From: Bacillota bacterium
Lineage (GTDB): Bacteria; Bacillota; Ch66; Ch109
NCBI GenBank assembly: GCA_050952625.1
Contig: JBMNLH010000004.1
Location: 256,001 to 320,000 of the forward strand
DNA: 64,000 bases
Direction of reading: 5' to 3'
Shown: positions 39,315 to 48,971 of the stretch, piece by piece
Layout of the letters: each line of letters starts with the position of its first letter
How positions within the stretch are numbered: position 1 is the stretch's first letter
The notes under the pieces: generated by a model
Seen by the model: only the letters and a program-made list of their open reading frames with translations
Databases searched by the model: none
Told to the model about the DNA's origin: nothing
Position numbers and translations under genes: made by a program

Positions 39315-39641
39315 TTGATTAAGTTGTCCAAGGAAGAACTTTATCGCTTAGTCGCCCGGCTTCCAGAGCAAAACATAGCGCGAGCAAAAAAGTGTCTAGA
39401 AAGACTAGTAGAAAGGATGCCCCCTGAAAGCGCAGCTGTGCCAAGACTAGGCAATATTCCTTTCTATATCGACCCGCTTTGTCCGGAATGTGGTGCGGCT
39501 TTAGTGTTAGCAGATCCACTTAATAACCCAGATGTAAATGAAAATGAAATCTGGCACGACGAATTTATTTGTCCATCCTGCCGTGACGGTATTTACATGG
39601 ATTGGCCAGAAAGCGAAATTAAATCCATTATTGAGGAATAA
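39315..39641 (+). CDS. Hypothetical zinc-ribbon protein
   Basis: CPECG and CPSC motifs. Confidence 0.55.
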   Translation: MIKLSKEELYRLVARLPEQNIARAKKCLERLVERMPPESAAVPRLGNIPFYIDPLCPECGAALVLADPLNNPDVNENEIWHDEFICPSCRDGIYMDWPESEIKSIIEE

Positions 39642-39815
39642 AACAAGGAAAAGTATTTGACTAAACCCGGTAAAGAGTGTTGATTACCGGGTTTTTATTT
39701 TTATTCGGGTTTCCAATCGGTTGTTTAGTCAAAATACATACTTTAAGAGTTTAAACTCGGCGTTTAACGTCGGGTTTTCTTTATTTATAAGCAACACAAA
39801 AAGGAGGGCAACACA

Positions 39816-40997
39816 TTGTTATTGTTTAATAAAACACCGTTAACCGTAAACTGCGAATTGGCTATGTTGATTGGACTCAATGAGTCTATAGTTGTTCAGC
39901 AGATTCATTATTGGATTAGAAAAAATCAAGAAAATAACATTAATTATTACGATGGGTACTATTGGACATACAATACATACGCTGACTGGCAAAAGCAATT
40001 TCCTTTTTGGTGCGAGAGAACGATCAAAAGGATTTTTCTATCTTTAGAGAGGAAAAACATTTTAATTTCAGATAATTTTAATCAGATGAAAAGAGACCGT
40101 ACAAAATGGTACCGAATCAATTATGAAGCATTGAATCAATTATATTTACAGGCAACGGAAAAACCGCATAACAGCGAATCGGGCCAAAATGGATCGACGG
40201 GTTGGAAACCCCGAAAACTGCGTGGCCACGCATCTGAACAAATTGGTACCATGCATCAGATCAATTTTACCCCATCCATCGGGACAAATTGTCACTATGG
40301 AACGGGACAAGTTGACCCGATGGGTGGGGACAAGTTGTCCCCACCATTACCAGAGACTAACACAGAGATTACTACAGAGACTAACAACAACAACATAACC
40401 GGGACCCGGTACCGGGTCCCGGAAGAGAAAACTAAAAATCCGATCGATGATGATGTTGTTGAACCAAGGGGTAACTCTACTTTAGACAATGTAATAAATT
40501 CCCAATCTGTAAAAACAGCAGCTGCAAAAGAGCAGCATCCTCAGCATTCGTTAACTGATTATCCAAAACTGCATTGTAAAAAAATATCTCCTTTTTCCGA
40601 TCGAGCTATGCAAAGCCGAGAGGATGAACAATCGGAAGAAATAAGGGAATTCTGGCCACAACTAGCTCAAGAAATAAACAGGGTCAGGAGTTTTTTGCGT
40701 GATAATGGGATCCGGCTTGAAGTGAATCGCAAGGCGGATAATGCCTGTTATGAACTCGCGAAATATTCTAACGAGCAGCTTGCTGTACTGGCTCAGGAGC
40801 TTCTGGCCAGAGAGGCGAAAGGCGAGATATTAAATGCTTCTGGATTATTGGTTTCTGCGCCTGGCGTTATAGCGTATATCCTAAAAGGGCCGTTCAATAA
40901 CAGTTTTAACCACGCAAGAAGTTTTTTTGATGGCAGAGGAAGGGAGGCTCAGATCAAAGCAAAAGAGGATAAATATCGCGATATTTATGTTACGTAA
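39816..40997 (+). CDS. Phage/ICE-type replication initiator
   Basis: IGLNESIVVQQIHYW...WTYNT...QFPFW...TKWYRINYE winged-helix N-terminus; central iteron region. Confidence 0.8.
   Translation: MLLFNKTPLTVNCELAMLIGLNESIVVQQIHYWIRKNQENNINYYDGYYWTYNTYADWQKQFPFWCERTIKRIFLSLERKNILISDNFNQMKRDRTKWYRINYEALNQLYLQATEKPHNSESGQNGSTGWKPRKLRGHASEQIGTMHQINFTPSIGTNCHYGTGQVDPMGGDKLSPPLPETNTEITTETNNNNITGTRYRVPEEKTKNPIDDDVVEPRGNSTLDNVINSQSVKTAAAKEQHPQHSLTDYPKLHCKKISPFSDRAMQSREDEQSEEIREFWPQLAQEINRVRSFLRDNGIRLEVNRKADNACYELAKYSNEQLAVLAQELLAREAKGEILNASGLLVSAPGVIAYILKGPFNNSFNHARSFFDGRGREAQIKAKEDKYRDIYVT
40231..40422. repeat. Putative replication origin inside rep: five 23-bp-period iterons and a perfect 24-bp palindrome
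   Basis: GGGACAARTTG-like units at 40235, 40258, 40281, 40304, 40327; CCGGGACCCGGTACCGGGTCCCGG at 40399-40422. Confidence 0.65.
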
Positions 40998-41119
40998 GAC
41001 TTTTTTATGTTTAAGGAAAACCAAATCTTGTAAATTGAGTAGAATTAGTATACACTAAAAGCAAGATAACCGAATAGGGCCATAACAGAGCGAAACAAAA
41101 AGATAGGAGTGGTAATTTA

Positions 41120-41512
41120 ATGCCTGGGCCGGCTGAAGAGTGGTTAACTCAATCAGCTTATGATTTAGACACTGCCAAAGCGATGCTCAAAACTGAGCGT
41201 TATATATACGTTGTATTCATGTGTCACTTAGCACTCGAAAAAGCGTTGAAAGGTTTATTTACTGTGGTCACCAACGGGCCACCTCCAAGGACACATAACT
41301 TGGTCCAACTTGCCAAAGTAACGCAACCTCGGCTTAATAAAGAACAGAATGCTTTTCTAGTAACGATTAATACTTTAAGTGTGACTACCCGCTACCCTGA
41401 TGATTTAAGTAAAGCGTTGAAAGAATTTAACCGGGAACAGGTGGAAAACTTCGTTGGCATGGCAGAAGAGGTGATTAGATGCATCCGGAAAGATCCCAGA
41501 TTGAGCAAATAA
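41120..41512 (+). CDS. HEPN domain protein (HEPN/MNT toxin-antitoxin)
   Basis: DLDTAK, FMCHLALEKALKG, PPRTHNL, TRYP. Confidence 0.85.
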   Translation: MPGPAEEWLTQSAYDLDTAKAMLKTERYIYVVFMCHLALEKALKGLFTVVTNGPPPRTHNLVQLAKVTQPRLNKEQNAFLVTINTLSVTTRYPDDLSKALKEFNREQVENFVGMAEEVIRCIRKDPRLSK

Positions 41513-41814
41513 TACAACGGTTTGGAGAAGTCTTAAAAAGCAAGGGTATTATTCCAGAGAATATTATACTCTTTGGCTCTTATGCAAAGGGAACCGCATC
41601 AGAATACAGCGATATTGATTTAGTGATAGTTTCTCAGGATTTTGCGGGTCTTTCCCTAATCGAAAGATGTACTATTATGGGCCAAGCTATTGCTGAAATT
41701 ATGGAACCAATTGAGCCCCTTGCTTATACGCCAGAAGAGTTTGTTAGACTTTCCCCACATAGTGTTATAGGCTCCGTGATGAATGACCCGATGGAGCATC
41801 TGAAAATATATTAA
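41479..41814 (+). CDS. Minimal nucleotidyltransferase (MNT)
   Basis: ILFGSYAKG...SDIDL, YTPEEF. Confidence 0.85.
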   Translation: MHPERSQIEQIIQRFGEVLKSKGIIPENIILFGSYAKGTASEYSDIDLVIVSQDFAGLSLIERCTIMGQAIAEIMEPIEPLAYTPEEFVRLSPHSVIGSVMNDPMEHLKIY

Positions 41815-42029
41815 ATACTCGTGAAAAATTTAATACCTTGCGGACTCAGGGACCCGGTAGAGTATTACAATTCTATTGGGTTTTTTATTGTTTTAAGGTT
41901 GTAGTTTGTAACAATCATGCATTTATTTAAGAGAAAGGAGGAATGATTAGTGCCTAAGAAAAGTTTCGCCCTAACCCGCTTTTCTCCTGAAAATTCCATC
42001 GGATTTAGGATTTTGCTTTTTAAGGCAGG

Positions 42030-42112
42030 ATAAGGGGCGCATACACACACCTGGCAAAGCCAGGTGGGGTGCGGGTTTGAGCGGGATGCACTTGTCTTGA
42101 ACGGGATGCACA
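42030..42112. other. Candidate origin of transfer
   Basis: Hairpin CACCTGGC-AAA-GCCAGGTG next to minus-strand GTATGCGCCCCTT (MOBQ nic-like); CGGGATGCAC twice; upstream of RHH gene. Confidence 0.45.
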
Positions 42113-42170
42113 AATGATGCTCCTATTTTATGGTAGTTTTTTATGAAGGGAGGGAGTTATTTCAGGTAAT

Positions 42171-42575
42171 ATGAGCAATAAATTCAAAAAAATGACCATT
42201 CATATTGACAATGAATCTTATCAACTATTGGTTACTTTGGCGGATAAACGAGGTGAATCTATATCAAAAATTGTTCGTCGGATTCTATATGAAAATCTAG
42301 AATCGCAAGTGGCACTAGAAGCCCAAGACGCACTTTTGTCTATCACGCGAAAAGCAGTTGCGCGGGAGCTGCGTATCGTGGAAGATCGTCTGGCCTCCCT
42401 TTCTGCAAAAGCGGCAATTACTTCTGCCTCGACAGAAAACTTAGTTTCTTATGTTCTTAAATTGCTCCATGAGCCAAACATTCCTGGGGTCAGGGACGCT
42501 TGCAGAAAAAGAGGGGTGGCATATGTACGAGAACCACTTAATCAGATAATGCAAGCTTACTCCTCCGAAGAATGA
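42171..42575 (+). CDS. Ribbon-helix-helix protein, probable relaxosome accessory factor
   Basis: MTIHID...LADKRGESISKIVRRIL N-terminal RHH plus helical C-terminus. Confidence 0.6.
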   Translation: MSNKFKKMTIHIDNESYQLLVTLADKRGESISKIVRRILYENLESQVALEAQDALLSITRKAVARELRIVEDRLASLSAKAAITSASTENLVSYVLKLLHEPNIPGVRDACRKRGVAYVREPLNQIMQAYSSEE

Positions 42576-42785
42576 TCGATCGATATCTCTATGGCTTGGC
42601 CCGTTGAAGAGATTATGCCGGAAGAAGCAGCGGGAAATAGACGGGGCACGAGGCGAAAACCTGGAATTTAAACTAATCCCATTAAAAGCTTATTGGCGAG
42701 TTAAGTCCGGTTGGGTTTTAAAAAACTTAGTCGGGCTTTATTTTTTGTAGTCTGATTATCTCAATTATTGCAAAGGAAGTGAAAC

Positions 42786-43007
42786 ATGATGCAAGGGATG
42801 TTTTTGGAAAATGTAGTTGCAGAAAGACTAGGAGAACAAAAATATGTTTTATCGTTAAAAGCATTCGGCCCTAAAGACAGCGTTGAAATTGTTGCAAAAG
42901 ATGAAAAAAGCGGAAATGAGTTGTTTGTTATGACTGATCAAGAACCAGAGGAAACTAGAAAGAAATTAATTCAATGGATTAACGAAATCGAGATTATTCA
43001 ATATTGA
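42786..43007 (+). CDS. Hypothetical protein
   Basis: 73-aa ORF with AAGGAAG RBS. Confidence 0.5.
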   Translation: MMQGMFLENVVAERLGEQKYVLSLKAFGPKDSVEIVAKDEKSGNELFVMTDQEPEETRKKLIQWINEIEIIQY

Positions 43008-43167
43008 GTAAGCAAGCAGCTGGTCGGAAGAACTTGCTACAAGTGAGGCGAATGGCCTCTTAAACTGGGACAACTGATAAGGCTGGGAATTGTTGTCCAG
43101 TACTCGGCATCAGCACCTAGCACTGGAGACCGGCAGAATGTAGTATTACTGTTTCGAAGTTCGATTA

Positions 43168-44016
43168 TTATTTATTATTCTTTTTTGCCCGGTGGATTAT
43201 TTCTAAAACAGGCATTAGTTCTTGGGGCGATATATTAAATCGATTTGCTTTTTCAATTAATTTCACCCAGTCACCGAGTTTGTCTCCCGTTAAGTCCTCA
43301 ATCAATGACAGATTTAATCGTTTTTGCATAGCTTCCGGACGTAAATGAGGGTATTCTTCAAAAAAAATGGTCTCAAAAATATCGCTCAAATCATCAATGG
43401 TATTAATGCCTAGTTGTTTTAAACCTGATTTTTCAATAAAGACATTCTTATTAATGTAAGGATTATTGCTGAATATCAAATAGGGTGTATCGAGTAAAAC
43501 CAATGATTCTAATTTGCTAATAAGTTGCTGACGTTGTGAACTGTTTAGTAAATGATTATTAAATAAACGGTCAATAACTTCACGCAAAGTGATGGGCAGA
43601 TGATAATAACCATCGCTTTTTTTTTCAGCTTCGAGATATGTCCTGACAAGTTCTCGGACAGGGGCTAGTTCTTCTTCGGTCACTGCTTCGCTGCCAAAAT
43701 AAACTTGGCTTTGGAGGAGTTCATCGATCTCTTTGGGAGTTAGTTCATAATCTTTCTGATCAAATATACTAGGCCTTAACTTAAGATGTCCAGCGGCACC
43801 CATAAGGTCTTCATAAGTAATCCCGTTGTAAGCATTTTCGGCTAACTTTCTTATGGTTGCGGGTAAGGGAGCCGAATCAACTAATCCTCTAAGTAATCTA
43901 GATATATAACCAGGATCAACGTTACTTTGTAAACCATATTTATTAATTGATCGTGAGTGCCCCTTGGCTAATTTTAATAATCGCGCGAATTCAGCTTTAT
44001 TGAAATTTGGCATCAA
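43168..44016 (-). CDS. XRE-like HTH repressor
   Basis: RSINKYG...VDPGYISRLLRG...TIRKLA...YEDLMGAAG N-terminal HTH. Confidence 0.7.
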   Translation of the reverse strand: MMPNFNKAEFARLLKLAKGHSRSINKYGLQSNVDPGYISRLLRGLVDSAPLPATIRKLAENAYNGITYEDLMGAAGHLKLRPSIFDQKDYELTPKEIDELLQSQVYFGSEAVTEEELAPVRELVRTYLEAEKKSDGYYHLPITLREVIDRLFNNHLLNSSQRQQLISKLESLVLLDTPYLIFSNNPYINKNVFIEKSGLKQLGINTIDDLSDIFETIFFEEYPHLRPEAMQKRLNLSLIEDLTGDKLGDWVKLIEKANRFNISPQELMPVLEIIHRAKKNNK

Positions 44017-44069
44017 ACATATCCCCTAATAAATTAATCTTCTTGGCCATCTCTTATTGTACCCTCCTT

Positions 44070-44175
44070 ATTGCCAATAGACAATAAGAATAAAATTACA
44101 ATATTGTCAACAAACAAAGCTGGGACTTGACTTATTGTTAATAAACAACATATACTAGTATTGTTAATAAACAAT
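44070..44175. promoter_or_regulatory. Four palindromic operator-like sites between divergent HTH genes
   Basis: ATTGYYAAYARACAA at 44070, 44103, 44134, 44160. Confidence 0.7.
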
Positions 44176-44177
44176 GG

Positions 44178-44384
44178 TTGTGTGAGGTGAATATTTTGAA
44201 GATGAAAATTAACGTTGATACATTGCGTGAATTAATTAGAACAGAATTTAATAACTCAGCACCTCTAGCAGCAAAGACTCTCGGGATTGATTATTCACAT
44301 CTCTATAGAATTCTAAAAGGTGAAAAAGATGGGGGGGCTAAAATCTTGGGAGGTTTGTTTTTTTATTGCAAAAAAAAAATTTAA
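44178..44384 (+). CDS. Small Cro-like HTH protein (3' end possibly frameshifted in an A10 run)
   Basis: AAKTLGIDYSHLYRILKGEK; divergent from repressor. Confidence 0.65.
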   Translation: MCEVNILKMKINVDTLRELIRTEFNNSAPLAAKTLGIDYSHLYRILKGEKDGGAKILGGLFFYCKKKI

Positions 44385-44641
44385 ACTTTAATGATTATAT
44401 TTATTAATATTTTTAAAGTATCAGTATTTTTAAAGGTGGTAATTATGAGATATAAACTACGTGCATTGCGGCTTATCTTAAAAGAAAACTGACGTTAAAT
44501 CAAGTCGCTAACATTTACAGCCCCGTTTTGCTTTCAGAGCGGAGAGAATATTCTTCGCCCGAAATTGCCAAATGTTTGCTCTGCCAAGGATTAACACCCA
44601 TTCAAATAGCAAAGATCTTTAACAAAAAGGAAATTAGAAAA

Positions 44642-44722
44642 CAAGTTAAAAGGATAAAACAGAAGAGGGAAAGTCTGACAAAACACCTACAAAAATGGGT
44701 TATGGCGAAGTACACCCAAAAT
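44642..44722 (+). repeat. 81-bp imperfect direct repeat, copy 1 (copy 2 at 48658-48738)
   Basis: CAAGTTAAAAGGATAAAACAGAAGAG-GAAAGTCTGACAAAACACC...CCCAAAAT in both. Confidence 0.85.
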
Positions 44723-44730
44723 TGACAGTT

Positions 44731-45240
44731 TTATTTCATTTTTCGCTTATTTGACTTAGTTTTATCAAGCACCTGAATTTGGATGTCGTGTGTTTCTATC
44801 TTGGATTCGATCCGTTCAAGCGCAGCTAAAACACGTTCATTAACATCAGTCTGAATTGCCTGTAAGTCAAACAAAGCCTGAACTTTATCGATTACTTCAT
44901 TTTCCATTCGCAATTCAAGTCTATCAACTCTGGATTCTAATTTATCCATACGGGAATTGAGGGTTAGTGAGTTTTCGGCTAAGAAATCCACCTGGGCCTG
45001 AAGTGCCTTTTGGCCTTGTTCAAGCGACCGTTGACCCTGCTCAAGGGAACCGACCTGGGCCTGGAGTTCGTTTTGACCTTGCTCAAGCGACTGTTGGCCC
45101 TGCTCAAGGGAAGCAACTTGAGTCTGAAGTGCCTTTTGGCCCTGCTCAAGCGAACCAACCTGAGTTTGAAGCGACTTTTGGCCTTCAGCCAGTGCTTGGA
45201 GTTGTTGCAGCACAAGCTCCTGGAATTTGCCGTTATCCAT
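44731..45240 (-). CDS. Coiled-coil protein with 7-aa repeats
   Basis: Repeated SLEQGQK/ALQTQV heptads. Confidence 0.7.
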   Translation of the reverse strand: MDNGKFQELVLQQLQALAEGQKSLQTQVGSLEQGQKALQTQVASLEQGQQSLEQGQNELQAQVGSLEQGQRSLEQGQKALQAQVDFLAENSLTLNSRMDKLESRVDRLELRMENEVIDKVQALFDLQAIQTDVNERVLAALERIESKIETHDIQIQVLDKTKSNKRKMK

Positions 45241-45293
45241 GGATTAATCCCCCTTTTTGACCAGGATAGGTCCGTGCTTTTTCACAGTTAAAG

Positions 45294-45608
45294 TTAACTA
45301 TTATCATCAAACTTCATCGTATCTAAAAGGTGCTGTAATGCCTCTCTTTGCTTCGGTGACAATTCTTTAGCCGTATCCAGTAAACGCCGTAAGTCGGGAG
45401 GAATATCAGGTTTATCTGTAGCAAAGAATTCAGCTAAGGTAATACCAAGAGCCTGGCAGATACGCCGGAGGGTATCCAGCGAAGGCTCTTTAACGTTACG
45501 CTCTAATTCGCTTAGGTAAATCCTTGATATTCCAACTATTTTTGCAAAATTAGTTATTGTGTATCCCAGGGCTTCTCTTAACTCCCTAATACGAGTGCCG
45601 ATTTTCAT
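45294..45608 (-). CDS. XRE family repressor (ImmR/cI-like)
   Basis: IGTRIRELRE...VGISRIYLSELERNVKEPSLDTL...LGITLAEFF. Confidence 0.88.
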   Translation of the reverse strand: MKIGTRIRELREALGYTITNFAKIVGISRIYLSELERNVKEPSLDTLRRICQALGITLAEFFATDKPDIPPDLRRLLDTAKELSPKQREALQHLLDTMKFDDNS

Positions 45609-45894
45609 TGCAATCCCTCTTTAAATGTAAACTGGTAGTTTACCTTAGATAATATTTCAAATTTAATGATTGGTCAAGGTAGTAGAAGATATTAAAGGAT
45701 ATTGCCCAATCATAAACAATTATGAAAGCTGACAGCATATGACAATTATTGATATTCAAATGCTAATAGCTTACAATGTAGCAGGGGGTTATTTAATGTT
45801 TAGAATAAAAAAATTAAGAATAGATGCAAGTCTTACTCAGGAAAAGTTAGCTAGAAAGGTTGGTATTTCAAGAATTTATTTATCAGAATTAGAA

Positions 45895-47764
45895 CCCGCA
45901 TTCGGCATGTCAAAACTTTACAGAAAAAATATTTAAAAAATGTCCAGTATCTGGCAGGGACCGGTAAATTTATGTCGAATATAACTCTCTAAGATATTTC
46001 TTTGGGAGTTGATTCGATTGTCAATATTTGCTGGGATTAAGACCCTTAAACCAATGGCTGTTCCGGTAGTCACCAAGCTCTGTCGTCTAGCTAAGATTCG
46101 GGAACTGGTTAACGAGATAGTATTATGGAGAGAAGATAATTCTAAAATCTCTCCGGGTCTCCTGATCGAAACCCTCATTATTAGTATCTTCTGCGGCCGG
46201 ATGCCTTTATGGAAAGTGCATCAATTTTGGGCTGAGCAGGATTTATCTAACCTGTTTCCCGATGTGGAATTATCAATTGATCAGCTTAACGAACATGCCT
46301 ACGGCCGGGCCTTAGATAAACTAGCTGAAGTTGATTTGAACAAACTGATCAGTTTGGTATCCTTGGTGATGCTTGATATTCACAATTTAGATATCTCCAC
46401 GGTTCATCTAGATACTACTTCCATATCGGTCGAAGGAATCTATGATGTAGAGCCATACAACGATTTTACGATTAATAGAGGCCACAGTAAGGATCTGCGC
46501 CCGGACCTTAAACAATTCAAAATTGGGGCTGCAGTGCAACAAAACGGCCAAGTAGTCATGGGTGAAATGCTCTCTGGGAACAAATCTGATAACAAATGGA
46601 ACCCGGAAGCAGCCTTGAAAATGAAAGAGTTCTTTGATACCCAAGGTTATCGGGATGTCGTTTTTGTTGGTGACTGTGCCCTGATCTCTAACGAATCTTT
46701 AGCCAATCTGACCAAGCAGCACGTTCAGTTTATCTCTCGACTGCCGGAAACCTATAACCTGGCGAAAGAACTAAAAACACTGGCCTGGGCCGAAAACTCC
46801 TGGCATGACATTGGGATAGTCAGTGAAACCAACTCGAAAAAGGCTTCTCACTACCGAACCTATTTGGTCCATCATGAACTGGAAGGACACACTTATGATT
46901 TTGTGGTAGTTCACTCCTCTTCCCTGGAAGCCCAGAAAGAAAAGACCTTACAAAAACGGATCGGGAAGCAAAAAGAGGAGTTAATTAAACAGAGTAAAGG
47001 CTTAAAAACTAAGGCTTTTGCCTGTGAACCTGATGCCCAGGCTGCTTTAGATGTCTTCCTTCAAGAATGCCAGCGAAAAGGCTTTGAGGTTCAAGGAACG
47101 GTTCAGATCTGCGTCAAAAAGTCTTACGGTCACCGAGGAAAACCCCGCAATGGAGAAGAACCGACGATTACCACGACATATCACGCTGAAGTCAGTGTTG
47201 GCGATATAAAACCAGAGGTTTACCAGTACCTGCTCCAAATGGAATCTACCTTCGTGCTGATCGCCAATGTGAAAGATCGTCAAAAATACGATGATCAAGG
47301 GATTTTATTAGAGTATAAACGGCAGATCTCAATTGAAACCAAGTTTCGATTCCTCAAAAACCGCGTATATTTAGGCCCAGTATACTTGGAAAACCCGAAG
47401 CGAATTTATGCGCTAGGCTACGTGTTTATCCTGGTCTTACTGCTGGCTTCCTACCTGGAGTACCGAGTTCGCAAGGCCCTAAAGGAACGAGGAGAAGCAG
47501 TGAAATTACCGGGAAACAAAAGTACAGACAGACCTTCAGTGCAAACTATACTGGAAGTATTGGGTACTATTCAAACAGTAAGTATTCAGGGTCAGAGATA
47601 TTTTCCGGATAATGTTAACCGTCAAGCTTTAAATATGGTCCGTTGGGCCGGGTTTAACCCGGAAGAAATCTATCTCAAACCGATATCACTAAACGCATAA
47701 TTTGTGGAAATAGTTTCCTTTTGTTATAAATCAAAAAGGTTTAGGGCGACATGATGAACATGGG
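45895..47764 (+). mobile_element. IS1634-family insertion sequence
   Basis: 6-bp target duplication TTAGAA (45889-45894, 47765-47770); imperfect IR CCCGCATTCGGCATGTC / GACATGATGAACATGGG. Confidence 0.88.
46009..47700 (+). CDS. IS1634-family DDE transposase
   Basis: HLDTTS, GHSKDLRPDLKQ, GNKSD, VGD, IETKFRFLK. Confidence 0.88.
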   Translation: MIRLSIFAGIKTLKPMAVPVVTKLCRLAKIRELVNEIVLWREDNSKISPGLLIETLIISIFCGRMPLWKVHQFWAEQDLSNLFPDVELSIDQLNEHAYGRALDKLAEVDLNKLISLVSLVMLDIHNLDISTVHLDTTSISVEGIYDVEPYNDFTINRGHSKDLRPDLKQFKIGAAVQQNGQVVMGEMLSGNKSDNKWNPEAALKMKEFFDTQGYRDVVFVGDCALISNESLANLTKQHVQFISRLPETYNLAKELKTLAWAENSWHDIGIVSETNSKKASHYRTYLVHHELEGHTYDFVVVHSSSLEAQKEKTLQKRIGKQKEELIKQSKGLKTKAFACEPDAQAALDVFLQECQRKGFEVQGTVQICVKKSYGHRGKPRNGEEPTITTTYHAEVSVGDIKPEVYQYLLQMESTFVLIANVKDRQKYDDQGILLEYKRQISIETKFRFLKNRVYLGPVYLENPKRIYALGYVFILVLLLASYLEYRVRKALKERGEAVKLPGNKSTDRPSVQTILEVLGTIQTVSIQGQRYFPDNVNRQALNMVRWAGFNPEEIYLKPISLNA

Positions 47765-48286
47765 TTAGAAAATGGACGCAAAAATAATCCTTCAACAAAG
47801 ACTTTGCAAAAAATAGCCAAAGCCCTAGGGGTTTCAGTAACTGAATTGTTCAATGAACTTAATACAGGGGCTACTGGTGCGGATACATAATAGTTTCTAC
47901 TTTATTATAAAGCAGGCAACCAAACTTTACCAGCAATTCCAAGCGAATATGTAATCCTCGGGATCGACATCAGAGAACAGCAGCATGGCCACCCGACCAC
48001 ATTGATGCTGTTGACTAAAGTGCGATCTTTTTTTACTTTGAGCTGGGGTTAAGCAGTTAAACAAAAGCTAGCTCTAAAAAGCTGTTGGTTTATCTGATTG
48101 ATACCGGCAGCACCTGAACGTTGAAAACTTAATAAAGGGTTTGAATAGGACTGACACTCCACGGTTATCCTCGAAAACCGGCCGCTCGTTAGGGCTTAAG
48201 AGAAATTCAGCCTGGGGTTTTGGACCCCAATAACGCGCGTTACAATTTTATTTTATCTTCCCGAAAGATTATAAAGGGGGTATTTT

Positions 48287-48595
48287 GTGGCGGTTATTAT
48301 TTGCACAAAACCCCAAACGGGAAAATACTACAAATACCAGGATAAGGAAGATTTGACTGTTAGTGATATTAAGAACTTGGCTTTTGTATACGCTAGTAGT
48401 TGCTTAAGCGATAAAGAAGCCATTGTCGAGTTGGTATACACGAAAACAAGATTAATGGGAATAAGTTTGCTGGCTGAATATCTTATACTATTTAATGTCA
48501 CTTTCGATTTCTTTTTTTGGGAAAGCAAACTACAAAAGCTTTTTGAAGAAAAAAAGAAGATCAGTAAAAGGCGGCGATCCCAACCCGCTAAATAA
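48287..48595 (+). CDS. Hypothetical protein
   Basis: 102-aa ORF with AAAGGGGG RBS. Confidence 0.5.
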   Translation: MAVIICTKPQTGKYYKYQDKEDLTVSDIKNLAFVYASSCLSDKEAIVELVYTKTRLMGISLLAEYLILFNVTFDFFFWESKLQKLFEEKKKISKRRRSQPAK

Positions 48596-48657
48596 CGATG
48601 GAAATAAAAATACAGGAAGCTCATTTAACGATATTCGTTAATTGGCCTTATGGAATG

Positions 48658-48738
48658 CAAGTTAAAAGGATAAAACAGAAGAGAGAAAGTCTGACAAAAC
48701 ACCCGGAAAAATGGGGCATGGCGAAGCACGCCCAAAAT
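48658..48738 (+). repeat. 81-bp imperfect direct repeat, copy 2
   Basis: Matches 44642-44722. Confidence 0.85.
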
Positions 48739-48971
48739 CGCAACAGAATTTGAACCTTGAGAACTTAATAGAGGGTTAGCCTGGTTTCCTCGAAAACCTG
48801 AGCCGCCTGCTGTGGCGTACTGGGCCTCATTAAGCCCCTGCTTGTTTATAATTGAACATTAAAGCAGAAGAGAATACTCCGCCTGGGGTTTTAACCCTAA
48901 ACAGTATGCGTTACAATCTTGGTGTATTATTATGGTCCTCAGTTTTAGCTGAGGGCTTTTTTATTTAGTAA

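Larger units (their letters stand above)
45796..47890 (+). pseudogene. 72-aa Cro-like XRE gene interrupted by IS1634-like element
   Basis: MFRIKKLR...GISRIYLSELE (45796-45894) joins in frame to NGRKNNPSTKTLQKIAKALGV... (47771-47890). Confidence 0.85.
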
